Shown piece after piece: positions 63,101-64,000 of a DNA stretch of 64,000 nucleotides. Position numbers and translations under genes: made by a program. A model generated the notes under the pieces. The model searched no databases, had not been told where the DNA came from, and was given only the letters and a program-made list of their open reading frames with translations. How positions within the stretch are numbered: position 1 is the stretch's first letter; every line of letters begins with the position of its first letter. Origin of the DNA: Marsupella aquatica (taxonomy: Eukaryota; Plantae; Marchantiophyta); the NCBI GenBank assembly GCA_973895155.1, contig OZ316893.1:23520015-23584014 (forward strand), read 5' to 3'.

Positions 63101-63461
63101 AAAGAACATTACCTGGTAATCAATGTCCATTTTACCCATTTTCGGCTGCACCTTTTCCCTCTGCTTTTGCTTAAGCTTCTTACTATCCTCTTTCTCGATA
63201 TATGCCTGAAACAAAGCAGACGTCACATCCTCCATTTAGTGCGATGACACATCCCTGCTATCAGTATTATCCAAGAAGTCAGGAATGAGAAGCCTCTTCA
63301 GAGGACATGTGTGCTTGCTAAACATGCTGAACAAACTCAACTAATTCCCTAGATTTTCATGCTCTTTCCAGGAGACGGCCAACCTGTCTGATCTTCTCAA
63401 TCCCTGTGGCTGCAATGAAGTCGGGAAGCTGGAATGGCTGCTTTTCGATACCCCTTTTACC
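60130..63461 (-). CDS. SF3B2: Splicing factor 3B subunit 2 (SAP145/Cus1; DUF382 + PSP domains), 3' part; 5' exons lie beyond the window
   Basis: Exons 63461-63384, 63205-63113, 62989-62903, 62714-62613, 62450-62331, 62222-62160, 62049-61907, 61756-61675, 61478-61420, 60985-60943, 60768-60674, 60486-60417, 60204-60130. Motifs: GKRGIEKQPFQLPDFI, PKMGKMDIDYQVLHDAFF, PPPWLINMQRYGPPPSYP, GGWGKPPVDE, EDFSDMVAE, KDFKF*. Confidence 0.97.
61291..61415. repeat. Perfect microsatellite (GGAAA)25 in an SF3B2 intron
   Basis: 125 bp of uninterrupted ggaaa. Confidence 0.98.
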
Positions 63462-64000
63462 CTGCGGTGACACACATCATGAGAAACAAACATACAAACC
63501 AGGTTATTGGCATACCATATGAGCGAATGATTCTTCCGAAACTATTAGAAATATGTAGCATATGTTCTACATAGTCTTTCAAATCAGCTGTCATGTCAAC
63601 AACCAACCTAGCCGAGAACACTACAAATTAGAATCCAAGGGGCAGAAGCTGTGACGCCCGGTAAATTCTGCACTGCCAGGAACAATAGCTCCAGTGAGAG
63701 CGAAACAAGTGACAGATAAAGAAGCAACCATCAAAGCGTACTCATACCACTTGGCTTCATCTCTCGGGACTTCAAGCCATTCACAGTATTGTTGCAATTT
63801 TGGGCAATGAGACTCAACAATTATCTTCAGATTTATGTTTGTCCCCATAACCCTGATTTATAGTTATTCAATTTCTCAACTCCTTTTGACCTTGGACTGA
63901 CAGTTTGGTCCATGCGTTCAAGACTCTGGACATCTACAGATGACATAGATGTAAGGGTTCAATCAATGAATCATTGTGGGGGACTCTCCTCCTGTATCCA

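Noticed and set aside
37695-63461. U12-type introns in TTL, SF3B2 or the cap MTase
   Set aside because: None of the mapped donors matches RTATCCTT. The GTATCCTT at ~62228-62235 (-) is part of a U2 acceptor tract.

Overview
Eukaryotic nuclear DNA from a land plant, most likely a bryophyte and probably a liverwort. This is inferred from short GT-AG introns, plant-type protein families, long intron-containing 5' UTRs and repeat-rich intergenic DNA. Most short ORFs in the supplied track are exon fragments or noise, so I rebuilt spliced gene models by hand and checked the exon phases. Genes found: 3' part of a Kelch-repeat gene (+); a LURP-one/Tubby-C2 gene (-); a FUT8-like GT23 fucosyltransferase gene (-) plus a frameshifted partial tandem duplicate; Barentsz/MLN51/CASC3 (-); TITAN-LIKE/CCDC84 (+); a conserved uncharacterised plant gene (+); an mRNA cap guanine-N7 methyltransferase 2-like gene with an unusual ~520-aa repeat-containing tail (+); and the 3' part of SF3B2 (-). 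Intergenic DNA holds Helitron-like non-autonomous elements, TIR/foldback elements and many near-perfect local tandem duplications. The best leads are the animal-FUT8-like GT23 enzyme, the unrecognised ~29-aa repeat array fused to the cap methyltransferase, and a candidate NMD-triggering 3' UTR intron in Barentsz. I found no rRNA, tRNA or CRISPR features, and no clearly new multi-gene system can be claimed from sequence alone. Family assignments rest on recalled motifs, not database searches.
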